Made by a program: the position numbers and the translations under genes. DNA of 53,405 nucleotides, filler included, from Jimgerdemannia flammicorona (lineage: Eukaryota): assembly GCA_003990765.1 (NCBI GenBank). It is 3 parts of 3 records of this genome, joined end to end, with 100 filler letters (N's around TTAATTAATTAA, not from the genome) between each part and the next. Parts side by side here need not be neighbours in the genome. Positions count along the whole stretch, not along the records: positions 17,837 to 35,571 come from RBNJ01002432.1; positions 35,672 to 53,405 come from RBNJ01002433.1; 1 more part is not named here. One strand, 5' to 3'. Shown here piece after piece: positions 25,092-37,347 of this stretch. Positions within the stretch are counted from its first letter, which is position 1; each line of letters opens with the position of its first letter. The notes below the pieces were generated by a model, which did not search any database, had not been told where the DNA came from, and worked only from the letters and a program-made list of their open reading frames with translations.

Positions 25092-28000
25092 TTTTTTTTT
25101 TTTTTTTTTTTTTATAGTCACTTGAACTCCTCTTTATTACCTCACTTCTATAAATAATAATACAATTTCACCCACATCCCTTCAACCAATACCCCTTGGA
25201 TCTCCCTCACTACCCTCTATCCCTTCTTAATGGAGGATAACCCAGTCACCCACTATTTGAATCTTACCCCCACTTTTCCAGTAAATACAATTCACCAAAC
25301 TCTGTCAGCTCTCCCACCCAGTCTCCACCCTCTCCACCAGCTATTCAAAATGTCCAGTAATAGTCATTCCCATCATACCACCCTAGCCCCAACTTCAACC
25401 AGCTAACCTTCCTTAAATACATGTAACCAATGCTCAGCCAGTCTAACCCAAATTGCCAGAACCCCACCCAGGATCAGCCACTCATCTCCAACCTCTCTCA
25501 CTAGCCTTTAGTAGAGGCCTCCCTATCTCCTCCCTTCTCTCTCCACCAGGGCTTGCAGCCCTAACTGGCCCACAATGCAATGCCAAAAATCTCCTAGGAC
25601 ATCACACTCACTAAGCCAATGTTCAGGCATTTAAACCACTCCCCCCTCTTGTCCAACATTCATACATTCCTCACACTCAAATGTACCATCTGCCACCAAG
25701 TACCCAGACTGATAGTTCAACATCACATTCTGCTATAGAAACTACCACCATACTACCCAGAACTTGGGGAGAAGCCATTATATTACCTACTTGCTCCAAG
25801 GCCAAAGACTATTCTAGTCCCACTCCTCACCAATCCCCACCCTCTGTCATACTTCAGGCCATAGGTCTCTCCCTAAGCCCCACATACAATCCATACTATC
25901 ATTAAGCTGAAAATCCTCCACCAAAGTACTACCCAGTAGTAGTCTGTCTCATCTCCATATCTGTAGACCCCAATCTTCCTCTCCCTTATCACCTTACCAC
26001 CAAAGTCTAATTCTCCTTGCACCATCTACCACTCTCTACCAAAATCCCTTATACTGCATCCTTTTGCTCCCATCCAGGGCCACCATCACAAACAGATCAC
26101 CAGATGCACCACAGGGGGAATACTGGGCCTCCCACACCTACTACATAAGAGGTACCCACTCCTAGCCCTATAACTTACTTACTCTCTTCAGCCACTATGC
26201 TCTCAAACAATGAAGACATTTGGTAAAGTCCACCAAGCCTAGCCCATCTTTGTCCACAGGTAGGGTCAGAACTTCTCATCCTATCTGACTTCACTGCCCA
26301 GTCTAGATCCATGATTTTGCTATCTTCAGAAGTTGCCTAACTACCTATGCTGGAAAGTCTAGATAATATCTCACATACTATAGCTTTGGCAGCCAATATA
26401 CATTTAGCACCATCACTCTTCCTGCCAAAGATATATACTGACCACCTCACTATAAGAGCACATTCTTCTATACTAGGAGCTGCTGTTCCCACTAAGTATA
26501 GGGTAGGAGAGACCCATATACTGAGAAGTAGATCTCTAGATACCAAACTGGATCTCCTGCTAGTACTACTATTCCAATCATGTCACCACCAACTATTCTA
26601 CTGCCTAGCACCAGAGTCTTGCATTTATGCCAGTTGAGTTTAGTACCTAAACCTCTCTCATACTATTCCACAAACCTCCATAATTCCTCCACATCCTCTA
26701 ATAAACCCAGTCTAATCACCATATTATCCGCAAAGGCTCCTACTTTCCAATTAATTCTCAGAATATCCAAACCTCCAATTCAATGTCAGATCTTGTCTAA
26801 TAGAGGCTCCAAGGAAAGAATATATAAGATGAGTAACAAAGGATCACCTTGTGGCACCCCACAACCAAGCAGAAAAGTTATACCCCTGTGTCTATTGACT
26901 ACCAATACTGCCTGACTATCTTCCAAGAGACTGATTAACACCCTTCTGAACCCTGGGGGAACACCCACCCATTTCAGCACTCTCTTTAGCCAAATCTTCC
27001 TCACTCTATCATATGCCTTTTCCTGATCCAGAAATATTAATCTGCCATCAACCCCAGCAGCCTGAGCTCTTTCAATTACTCTATAAACTCAGGCCATCTC
27101 ATCTTGGATCAACTGACCACTAACAAACCCTCTTTGCTCTACTCCTAACACTTGCTGAGCGATTCTCTGCAGTCTCATCACCAAGATCTTTGTCACCAGC
27201 TTATGGTTTATGTCAAGGAGTATGATCAGTTGCCAGTTCTTCTAATCTTCCCTTCTTCTCTTATTCTTATAGAGCAAGGAGACCAACTCTAGGCACTGGC
27301 CTCCAATCCAAGTTCCAGACTGAAGAACCTCACTATACATTACTGTCATCTCCTCCAATATCACCTCTACCCTAGCCATCTTTTTCCAAAAATCCCAGAG
27401 AAGTTCATCCTCTCCCAGAGCCATCTCCTTGCTTGTCAAAGCTAAAATCTTGCAAATCTCCTCTCCTATCACTAGGTCCCCCAGAGTCTCCAGACCCATT
27501 GCTGGGTCTGAATGCTAATCCTCCAACTGCCTTTCAATATTCGAGGCATTCTCACTCCCTTTATACTCACTCTATAACTTCTCCCAGCAGGTTCTTAGCA
27601 ATTCCAGAATCACTAGAGTCTCCACCACCATCTCTCCATCCTCATTCAAAAGACCATCCCACCACTGTTTAGTTCTCCTCACTTATAGCAATTACAATAA
27701 AAACCTAGTGGTCCTTTCTTTCTTCTCTAACCCTTGCTACCTTAGTCTTACCACCATCTCTATCAGTATAGCCTCTTCCTCCATTTGTATCACTTTCTTA
27801 AGCTCCTCAACTTCTCTTTGAATCCACACAATATGCCAGTCAGCTGTCCCCTAATTCTCTAGTGCCCCCACCCATCTCTCCAGAAGTACCTCCAATCTTT
27901 GTAAAGCCCAAAGCACTCTCTTCTACTACTGAATACTCCTTCCTTTCCCTGCCTCCCTCCAGTACCCCTGAGCACTTGATTTTAGCCTCCTCTAGTGATC

Positions 28001-30790
28001 CCCAATCTCCAGACTCTGTTCCTGCCACCAATCAATTTTTCCAATAACCTCCACCTCTCAATCTGCCTATAAAGTATCATCCTCCAATAAAGAGGAATTC
28101 AGTTACCAATGTTTAGGCCCATCCCCACTTCCTCCAAACCTCCCCCCCCCTAGCAAACCTCAGTGATCTGACCATGGATACCAAACTACCTCCAGTGTGG
28201 CCCAGATGTCCACTCTCCAGCACTCTGCCATCAATATCCAGTTAATACTAGAGCCCAACCCTGCCACTCAGTGAGTATAGATTTAATGATTCTTCCAAAA
28301 CTGTCTCTCTGAATCCACCAAAGAACTCAACCTCTCCATCTCCATCCAATCATCCAACCCACCACTTCTGCTCCTCAATTCTCTCCTGCCATCAGTCCTA
28401 TCTACTATATTATCCTATACTATGTTGAAATCACTCCCTAGGCAGTTGATCCCTACCTCACCCAAGATACTGGCCTCTCTCAAGTTTCTGATTCAATCTA
28501 CCTATTACCTCCTCTCTGCTGGACAATAATATGACCCAACAGTTAAAGGGCTCTATCTAGGCCTCTTCCACACCCCCCACACCAACTGACTCCCCCAATG
28601 TCCAATATCACTAATATCCCCCATCCCTTTTCAAACTAGGATACCTACTCACTCAGTCTATACTACTGCCCTCCCCCATTCTCTAGTCCAATCCTGTAAG
28701 TCCACATTCACTTCATAATATACATCTTACAGTAAGAAGAGATCTGCATCCAATCTCCAGAGCCAACCAAATATGTACTTTCACTGAGCTGCCCCCCTCA
28801 ACCCATTTACATTCAAAGAAAATATTCTAGTTGTACTGTTCATATTGAATAATATTTGAATTTGAGAACCCAGCCTAATATTCCATACTCATCTCATCTC
28901 CAGCTAGAGCCAAGCACTGCTCTGCTTCCAGGTCACCCTCTACCACAGCCTGAGCATCCAATGCCTCTAAGATTTCTTAACATTCTGCCCCATCCACTAC
29001 TTCTATCTCTATCCAATAATCTGCACAGACTACTCTCTACTTCTCCAACCCCTTCCTTGATTCCTACAAGAAAGCTACCTGTTCATTCACAATCACTTGA
29101 AGTTTCTCCTCCCTCTGATTATCTACTTGATATTCTACTGACTCTAAGAGTACTACTAGGATCTTATTCCTAACCTTCCTTGGTACCTCCTCACCATGAA
29201 GAATTTTCTTCCAATACCTCTCTTTTATAATCTGGAAGTCCTCTCCCTCCAGTTCCTTAGCTATCACCTCCTCCAGAGTCTTCCACAGCTACTTCTCCTC
29301 ATCTACCAATTCTGCCACACCCTGGGTGACCCAGTCAACCCCCACTGCTGGGTCCACCAAAGTGCTCCTCCTCACCAACTCATCCCACTCCTCTTTCAGT
29401 ATATTCAGTAGTTCCTTCTCACCTCCTGCTCCATCTGAGACACTATACTGAGGGTGTACTTCCTTGTCCATTTCTGTATCTGCCTCCATGCTGCCCAGAC
29501 CCTTCTCCCTTGGTCCACCCTGGGCCCCACCTCAGGCCATCCCATATTCCTCTGCCCAGGCACTCTCTCACAATCCTACTCCCCCTTCCCCTGCACTGCT
29601 AGTAGCCTCTTTACCACTCAACTTCTCCAGCAGCTCCCTCTGGATTTGCCTTCCCTGTATCTTCTCCCAAGTCATCTGATCCATCTGGATTCTCTTTCCA
29701 TCTACAATTTCCACCACTGTCTTGGCTTCATACTTCTTCTAAACCAATCTCCTTCTCTCAACCACTCTTGCCAGATCCTCAAGAGCTTTCGGCAAATCCT
29801 CCTTTTCTTCCTGAGTTCCTTTCATCCACACAACCTTGCACTTTACCAATCTCCACTTCAAAGTCACTGACCAGTCCCTCATCTTCCCCATGTTCTCCTT
29901 TCCAGCCAGCCTTACCCAGATGTTGACATCACCAGTCTGAAGCTCTGTACTCTCTCAGACTTTGAACCCAATATCCACAATCTCCCCATACTCCTTGACC
30001 ACCTCTACAATCAACTCCCTAGCCCTCTCCTTCAACACTGTCAGAAGATCCAATACTATCAACTGCACTACTTTGGGGTCCCAGTACATGCACCTGGCCA
30101 TAGGGACCACCACCCTGCCCACTATCACCCCTTTCTCCATGGCTACCAACAATGCCACCTCTTCCTCGATCCCAACCTCAACTCCTTCTTTCCTCTTCAA
30201 AAACTTCACCAAAGCTGCCCCCTTTGCCTCCTGCACTACCAGCCCCAAGATCATCCTTATAGTTACTGGTAAGCCCTGGAAACACAATGTAATAGTGAAT
30301 TCTGACCTAGATTTCTTGAGTAATGGTGCTGACACTATACTCGTCACACTATCTGCCAGGTCCCTGGGCCTTGTGCCCCCCCCCCCTATTCTGAACTGCC
30401 AACCACTGTCATATCTGGATTTTTTTCCAGATCTCCAGTCACAGCTCCATCAGCAGTCATATCTTCAGCCCCTACTCTCCCCCCTCCCCTACTGCTCAAC
30501 CCTCCCATGGGGGCCTCTCTCTATCTCTCAACAGCAGCCATCAACGCCTTCCCCAGGCCCAGCCAACTATCCAGACCAGAAGCCATTCTCCTTATCTTAA
30601 CTTTGTTTACAAAGATTGTCCTCTCCCCTCTCCATTGCCTCAATCTACCTCTTTCTCCTCCACCAGCACTATGGCCAGCCATAGAAGGCTCTGGCATTCC
30701 TAAACCATCCCCTCTCCTCCTCTCTACATTTTGTCAGTCAAAGGCACTACTGCTCCTCTGGTCTGCACACTCACCAGTATATTTATTTCT
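25092..30790 (-). mobile_element. Non-LTR retrotransposon (L1/Tx1-like LINE), near full length, decayed
   Basis: Poly-T at 25092-25113 is the poly-A tail. APE endonuclease from ATG 28843 (FSLNVNGL, GSDFN, PWSDH). RT motifs FLDQEKAYDRV ~27000-27035, GVPQGDPL ~26840-26862 and FADN ~26725. ORF1 relics at 29000-30600. The 5' end is approximate. Confidence 0.88.
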
Positions 30791-31593
30791 ATCCATATTA
30801 CTAGTTGCCTTTTACTAAAAATGCTGTAGAAAGTGTTATCTAAGTCTTGTATCACTTGAATATTACCAGTGAAAGGTGATTATCAAATATATATCTTAAT
30901 ATATTTTGTAGTTATTTCTCTACTACTTTATTTTCTAAATATATATATTTTTATTTAAATATTATAGTTAAGACTTGAAATAAATAGTTTCTTTTTATCT
31001 ATACTTATAATTAATAGATATAATATAATAATTTATTAATTATTTCAATAAATTAAAAATTAAATTAATTAATTTGTTTTAAATTATATTAATATTTAAT
31101 AAGAATTTATTAAGATACCAATCTCTTTAACTTAATATAAGTATATAAGTATATGATATCTGTCTATATAATTTTATAGATATTATTAATTACTATAATA
31201 ATAATATTTAAGTATATAATTAAGAAGTTTAACAAAAATAACTATAAAGTATAAATAATCTATATAATGAATATTTTTTAAAAATATAGTTTAAAAAGAG
31301 TACTTGAAGTCTAAATTAGATATATAATATTATAAAGATAAAAAAAAGATAAAAAAGCTTTTATAGAGATTATCTTTACTTTATTAAATTCACAAGTATA
31401 AATTATAAAGTATAGAATATATTCAGAAAATATCGTTTAGAGTAATATATCAAATTAGCTTTATCTCAAGATATAGTTATTTAATATATAAGAGTATATA
31501 ATAAGAAGAATATTTGCAATTATATAAGTTATATAAATAATCTCATTAATCAGATTAATATACTTATTAGAAAAGATTAAAGATAAAGATAAG

Positions 31594-34500
31594 TATAATA
31601 ATTTTATAGTTATATTTTAGTCTTAGTATTTTTTCACATCTTTTTTCTAGTCTTTTCTTATCTTTTCTTAAATATTTTACTATATTCTAGCATCTTTTAG
31701 ATATCTAAAAATCTTCTCTTAGTACCAAGACATCACTAGAATATTCTTGTCTTTTTTCAGTACTAAGTATCTTATTTTAGCTAGTTATAGAACCTTTTGG
31801 AATATTGTAGAATTCTATTAGTCATCTTTGCCAAGAATCTATTTCTTGGTCTTTCTCTTCTTTTCTAAAATCCTTCTGGATCTTTCTTTAAGATCTTACA
31901 TATATAAATATTCTTCTCTATTTGAATAAAGCTCAGAATATTTTCTCTCAGAATTTCTTCAAAAATACTTAAACTTATAAGTATCTCTTTAAGCTACTTT
32001 ATACCCACTAGAACTATCAGATTTAGCTACTTTCTCTTAAAGAAACTAGAATGGTTATACTTAGTAGTAGTAGTATCATTGTATCTTACCTTATTAAGAA
32101 ATCTTATATAAATTTAGAAATCAATCACAACTAGTTATATGAGTCTAAAATCAACTATGAAGAACTAACATACTGTCTAGACCCCTCTGCTATAGAAGAA
32201 GTAGATAACATAGAATTACAAGTCAATCTAGAGGAAATGATTATCACTATAGTCTATTAAATTTGATAACTTCAAGTACAAATAGACTATCAGAAAACAA
32301 GACTATAGTTATATTATATTCTACTACTATATCAGTCAACTTCAAGCCACTCAAGCCAGATATGTACCTTTAATAGTTATCAAGAAGAACTGACCACAGA
32401 TATATGGATCTTCTAGTTAGATCAATACTTTGAACTCACAAGAATAGAAGAAGATATATAAGTCTAATTTGCTACCACACTTCTCTAAGAAAATACAATC
32501 ATTTGATAGTATAATTATATCATAACTACTACTATCTATTTGAATATAAGAATTCAAGATTGAAAATTCTTTAAGAAGGTCCTTTACCAGTAGTTCAAGT
32601 TTGCTAATATTATTAAACTAGTTAGAGATAAGCTAGTAAACATCAAGTAACTTAAGTCTATATAAAGTTATAATGTACAATTTCTATTAATTTTACTTGA
32701 ACTACTAGTGATATCTGAAGATAAAAAGATAGACTGCTACATCTGAGGTCTGAAAGAAAATACATAAGTCAAGGTTGAGCTAGAAGAGCCACAGATCCTT
32801 AATAAAGTTATAAGAATTACCAATAGGTTTAATGTTATTACCTTTGGTAACTACTTTGAACCAAAATACTATAAGAAGAATTACTTCAAGAACTATTATA
32901 AGAACTAATTCAAAGTAGTTAGTCCAATATCAATAGACCTAAATACTATAAACAAAAAGAATACCAAGCTTAATCTAAAAGAAAAAGACTACTTGAAGAA
33001 ATTTGAAGCTTATTTCTTCTATTACCAAACAGGATATATTGTAACCAAATATCTCAAGAAGACTAATGAACCTGCAAGACCAGTCACTATATTATCCAAA
33101 GACATATCTGTTAACCTTACTACTAGTCAATCTCAACTCAAGATCAAGAAGCTTCATTTGAAGGCTCAGATCTCTCAATGTTAATTAAAAGAAGTCATTG
33201 GTCTTGACCTACACTCTGTCAAGCAAGTTACCATTCCAGTCAAAGGTCAAACTCTAGTACCTACTGAAATTGTAGTTCAATGTTCTGAAGGACATTATTC
33301 CAGAATTATACTATAATCAGGACTTAGTATCAAATGTCATTTAAATATTAGTACTGATATCATTAATTCAGACTATTGAGAATTTCAAGTCTTACTTATC
33401 AATCAGAAGAATTAAGACTATATAGTTAAAGAAGGAGACTGAGTCATACAAATGACTCTAGAAAAAGCCAGTCAATCTAAAGTTATAAAAGTCTAAGAAC
33501 TATCTAAAACCAAGTAAGATCAGAAAGGTTTTGATAGTACTGATCAAGCAGTAAGTCTCATTGAAAATTGAGCTCAAGCTATGCTCATTTTCAAAGATCT
33601 AGTCAAAAGAAAAGAAGTTCAAGTGCTCATAGACAGTAGAGCTATAGGAAACTTCATCAACTAGAACCTCATCAAAAATATCAAGATTCTCATCAAGCCT
33701 ATACTCAAGAATGATAGTATAGTTACTACAGATAGTATACTATATATATTCTATTAAGTCAATTGTATCCAAACTATCTATCAAGATTCAGAAATATTAG
33801 AAATAAGTAGACTTTAAGATTGTATTACTAGGAGATCATAATTTGATCTTAAAAAAACTCTGACTTACTAAACACAATCTGAATATTGATTGGTATAAGA
33901 ATAAAGTTACTCTACTTTAAAAAGGAGTCAATATTACTATCAAGATAGATAAACCTATAAATAAAACCCAGATTACAATACTGTCAGCAATATAGTATAA
34001 GAAAGTACTTAAGAAGGCAGTACATATCTTTGTTGCAATTATCTGTTTTAAGAAATAAGATAAGAAACTATTAATTAATAAATATGTCAAGTTATTGCTT
34101 AAAGAATTCAAGAATGTCTTTCCAGACAAGCTACTTGGTCTATCTCCTATATAAGAAGTTAATTATAAAATTGAACTAATCTCAGAAACTATACTATCTA
34201 AGAAATATATATACTATATATCACCTCTTGAAATTGAAGTAGTTAAAAAGGAACTAAAAGAGTTACTTGTATGAGAAACTATTCAATCAAGCAAATCTCT
34301 CTATGGCTCACCAGTTCTATTTATTAAGAAGAAAGATAGTACTCTGTAAATATATATAAACTATTGTATACTCAATAAGCTTATAGTTAAAAACTAATAT
34401 CTACTACTCTTGATTGATTAAATTTTTGATGTTTTTAAGAATACTAAGTACTTTACCAAGCTAGACCTTATGTCAGGTTATCATTAAATTCAAATCAAGC

Positions 34501-35357
34501 TAGAAGATATTCCCAAGACTATATTTATAACCTCTTTTAGACTCTATAAATTTCTAGTCTAAGTATTTGGCCTTACTAATATATCTGCTACATTCTAGAC
34601 TTTAATGAATAAGATATTCAAGGATCAACTATTTATCTTCTTATTGATATATCAAGATAGTATTCTGATCTTTAGTATAATTAAAAAAGAACACCTCAAG
34701 CATATCTGAGTAGTCCTAAATATCTTGTAAATATATAAACTATATACAAAGCTTAAGAAGTATGAATTCTTCAAAGAATAAGTCAAATATCTTAGTTATA
34801 TTATCTATATAAGGAATTTAAGTAGATCTATATAAGATAGAGATAATTTAAGAATAACCTATTTCAACAAATCTTATAGAACTCTAGTCCTTTCTTAGTC
34901 TAGCTAGTTACTACTATTACTTTTTCAGAAATTTCTCTGATATTACTGAGCCACTGACTAATCTCATAAGAAAGACCTCTCACTCTAATTAATATGTACC
35001 CTATATCTAGAACCTCTTTTATCAATAAGTCTTCTAAGAACTCAAGAACTGCCTAACCCATGTTCTAGTTTTACATAATACAGATCTAAGTCTAAAATTC
35101 ACCATTATCACTAATATATTGAATTTTGCCATTAGAGTAGTTCTGTTATAAGATAATGGCAAAAGATATTGCCCTATTACCTTCAAGTCCTATAAGTTGA
35201 CTTTAGCTGAACAAAAGCTAACCACTCATAAGAAAGAGCTACTGGCAATAATATATATACTAGACTACTGATAATATTATCTAGAAGATGCTGAGTTTGA
35301 TATCATTACTGACTATCAATCTCTCAAATACATTAACACCCAATTGATCCTATTATA
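31594..35357 (+). mobile_element. Ty3/gypsy family B, copy 2 (gag-dUTPase-PR-RT-RH), decayed and interrupted
   Basis: Homologous to 594-2368. Protease VLIDSRAIGNFI ~33623, RT (YGSPVLFIKKKD, FTKLDLMSGYH, FGLTN, YQDS for YxDD) 34270-34690, RNase H (KELLAII, IITDYQSL) 35095-35345. Confidence 0.9.
33137..33544 (+). pseudogene. dUTPase domain in family B, between gag knuckle and protease
   Basis: LKIKKLH..IGLDLHS..YSRIIL*SGL..DIINSDY..VKEGD*VIQ..K*DQKGFDST are the five dUTPase motifs with transition damage. Confidence 0.85.
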
Positions 35358-35571
35358 TGTTGTAACGTAGCGGATGCTTACTCTTGAAAGTACGTTGGAT
35401 TTCTGTATCTTGAAAACTTGACTGTTCTGACTCTCGCAGAGTCTTCTTGAAGTTGCAGGGGAGGGTGGGTGAGTTCGAAGTGTATCTGCCCGCAGGCTTA
35501 CTAGTTCCTTTGCTATCTCTTTGCTTTGAACTATTTCGATCTGAGGTTTATTCACTCGAAGATACTGGGTT
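35358..35571. mobile_element. Probable end of a younger LTR element inserted after the family-B RNase H
   Basis: Abrupt switch to CpG-containing sequence starting TGTTGTAACG. Family-B homology stops there and the contig ends about 210 bp later. Confidence 0.5.
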
Positions 35572-35671
35572 NNNNNNNNNNNNNNNNNNNNNNNNNNNNN
35601 NNNNNNNNNNNNNNNTTAATTAATTAANNNNNNNNNNNNNNNNNNNNNNNNNNNNNNNNNNNNNNNNNNNN
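35572..35671. other. Artificial contig linker (N44-TTAATTAATTAA-N44)
   Basis: Same 100-nt all-frame-stop spacer (core 35616-35627). Confidence 0.97.
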
Positions 35672-36734
35672 TCCTTGCTGGTAAGGAGCACTTTAGGATT
35701 GCTTGTAATCAACTTCAGATACACTTCAAAGCTTGTTTTAGTTCGTTCAATATAAGAACGAGCAATGTTTATGGCCAGAGGGAAACAGTCGAGCTCTTCT
35801 ACAATGTGTTGTGCATTGACCATTGCATCAGCAGATAGAGTTCGTGAACCAAGCAGTAGAGAGAGGGCCTGGTCATTACTCATCTTGTCGACTTCGATTA
35901 CAGTGGCCCATGAAGAAGAAACATTATTGCGAGTTGTCACGACGACGTCTCCACCTGTTGCTGGAATATAACCGTCTACATCATTGGCATCGTCCATATT
36001 ATCCAAAAGCAGCAGCCAGCCTGTCTTCATTTCAAACCATTCGCGAATTAAATTAGCCATGACATCGCCATCGTCGGATCCTTTGGCCTCAGTAGGTATC
36101 CCAAGTTTCTTTGCCAAACTTCTGAAGGCATCGAGAGTCGCCTTCCTTCCATCAACGCGCAGCCAGAAGACGTAATGATAGGTCTCGCGGCACTGGTAAC
36201 AAAATTGCAGCATGGTTTCCGTTTTCCCCATGCCACCAATGCCTTTGAGGACTACCGGTGCGCGTGCGACTTTCGATTGGTTTCCATTGATTGCTGCCAG
36301 GATCTTTTTCATGATATCCTCTCGTCCTACGAACCGGTTTGTGGGCTTGAGCGGAACTAGGAACATTTTCTTATTTTCAACGATGGTGTTATCGATTGGT
36401 GTGGAGATGTATTGATTGAGGGTACCTGGCATTGCAAAATGAAATAGTTCAGTTATTAGTTTATCCGCTGTCAAAATTTGCACACATATACGCACTCGGA
36501 TTATTCTATCTCCTTACCATAGTTCACCGTTCGACCAGATTCGAAAGTGGTATTATTGAGTCCGAGAAACGCTGGTCCCCCGTGTGTGCTAACAGCATCA
36601 ACGTTGTTTGTCACGTTTTGCACCAAACCTTCAGCGGAGTCTCCTTGCTCGTTGGTAGTCGGCAACTGGCTGCTGATCATGCTGGCAAACAGAGTTCCGG
36701 TGGTGATGTTTGCATTATTGCTTTAGGATGACAT
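35672..36734 (-). CDS. NB-ARC (STAND) NLR-like protein, 5' part, truncated by contig end; short N-terminal extension on a separate exon
   Basis: FVGRED, P-loop GIGGMGKT, YVFWL, Walker B WLLLLDNMD, VVVTTR and LDCFPLAI. Exon 36518-36734 joins in frame to 36425 via GT-AG intron 36426-36517. The first ATG (36734) is followed by TAA at codon 4. The second in-frame ATG is at 36680. Confidence 0.85.
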
Positions 36735-37311
36735 GTCTAGTTATATAGGATATGGTTAGTTGCGCTATATGGTTTACATCTTGCGGTAACTTACTTGACT
36801 TTGTTGCGAGTGGTTGGGTTGTGAGCGTAATTTCGATTATTCCGATTATTCAAATTTGACAGCTGCCCACATGACTGCTGCGCGCCTTCCAGACCGTTAT
36901 CCGGTATTGTGTGTAACTTGCCATTATATTGGCATAACCAATCCACGTCCCAGAGTTAAACGTATGCAAACTGGTATTGGCCTTCCACACCGAAAATGCT
37001 TGCTTAATGGCCATGTTCGAAGGCCTGATGAAACTCGGCAATCGATTTTGCCAGTCGGAAAGCGGGGGAGTACTAAAATATTGGACAAAAGACCTCTTAG
37101 ACTGAAAAACATATAAGCATTCAATACTAAAATACAAAGAGAAAATAGATTCAAGTAGTTGCTTCAATCATCAGTACAATCAAAAATTTAATTGTTAATG
37201 TTAAACCTATTCCAAAAACCTAAACAAAATTAAAATAATAAATCTTATTTCCTCAATTATATAAATAATTTTATTTCTATAAATTATTTAACTAGTTAAT
37301 ATTTATATAAG

Positions 37312-37314
<3 letters not shown>

Positions 37315-37345
<31 letters not shown>
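37315..37345. repeat. (TA)n microsatellite
   Basis: About 15 TA units. Confidence 0.9.

Positions 37346-37347
<2 letters not shown>

Noticed and set aside
29454..30818. Plus-strand Ser/Pro/Thr-rich ORFs (e.g. 29962..30600)
   Set aside because: These are antisense shadows of the purine-rich LINE ORF1.
32052..32075. Family-B LTR end and iMet-type PBS (TAGTAG(C/T)A as decayed TGGTAGC)
   Set aside because: Plausible but too decayed, and there is no second LTR in the window to fix the boundary.
36432..36495. ORF-track N-terminus MRICVQILT... of the NB-ARC protein
   Set aside because: It lies inside a GT-AG intron (36426-36517) and starts at a non-ATG codon.
36850..37167. 105-aa ORF upstream of the NLR as its partner effector
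   Set aside because: It has no recognisable HeLo, gasdermin or hydrolase features and no copy of the N/G-rich motif. It starts at TTG in AT-rich DNA.
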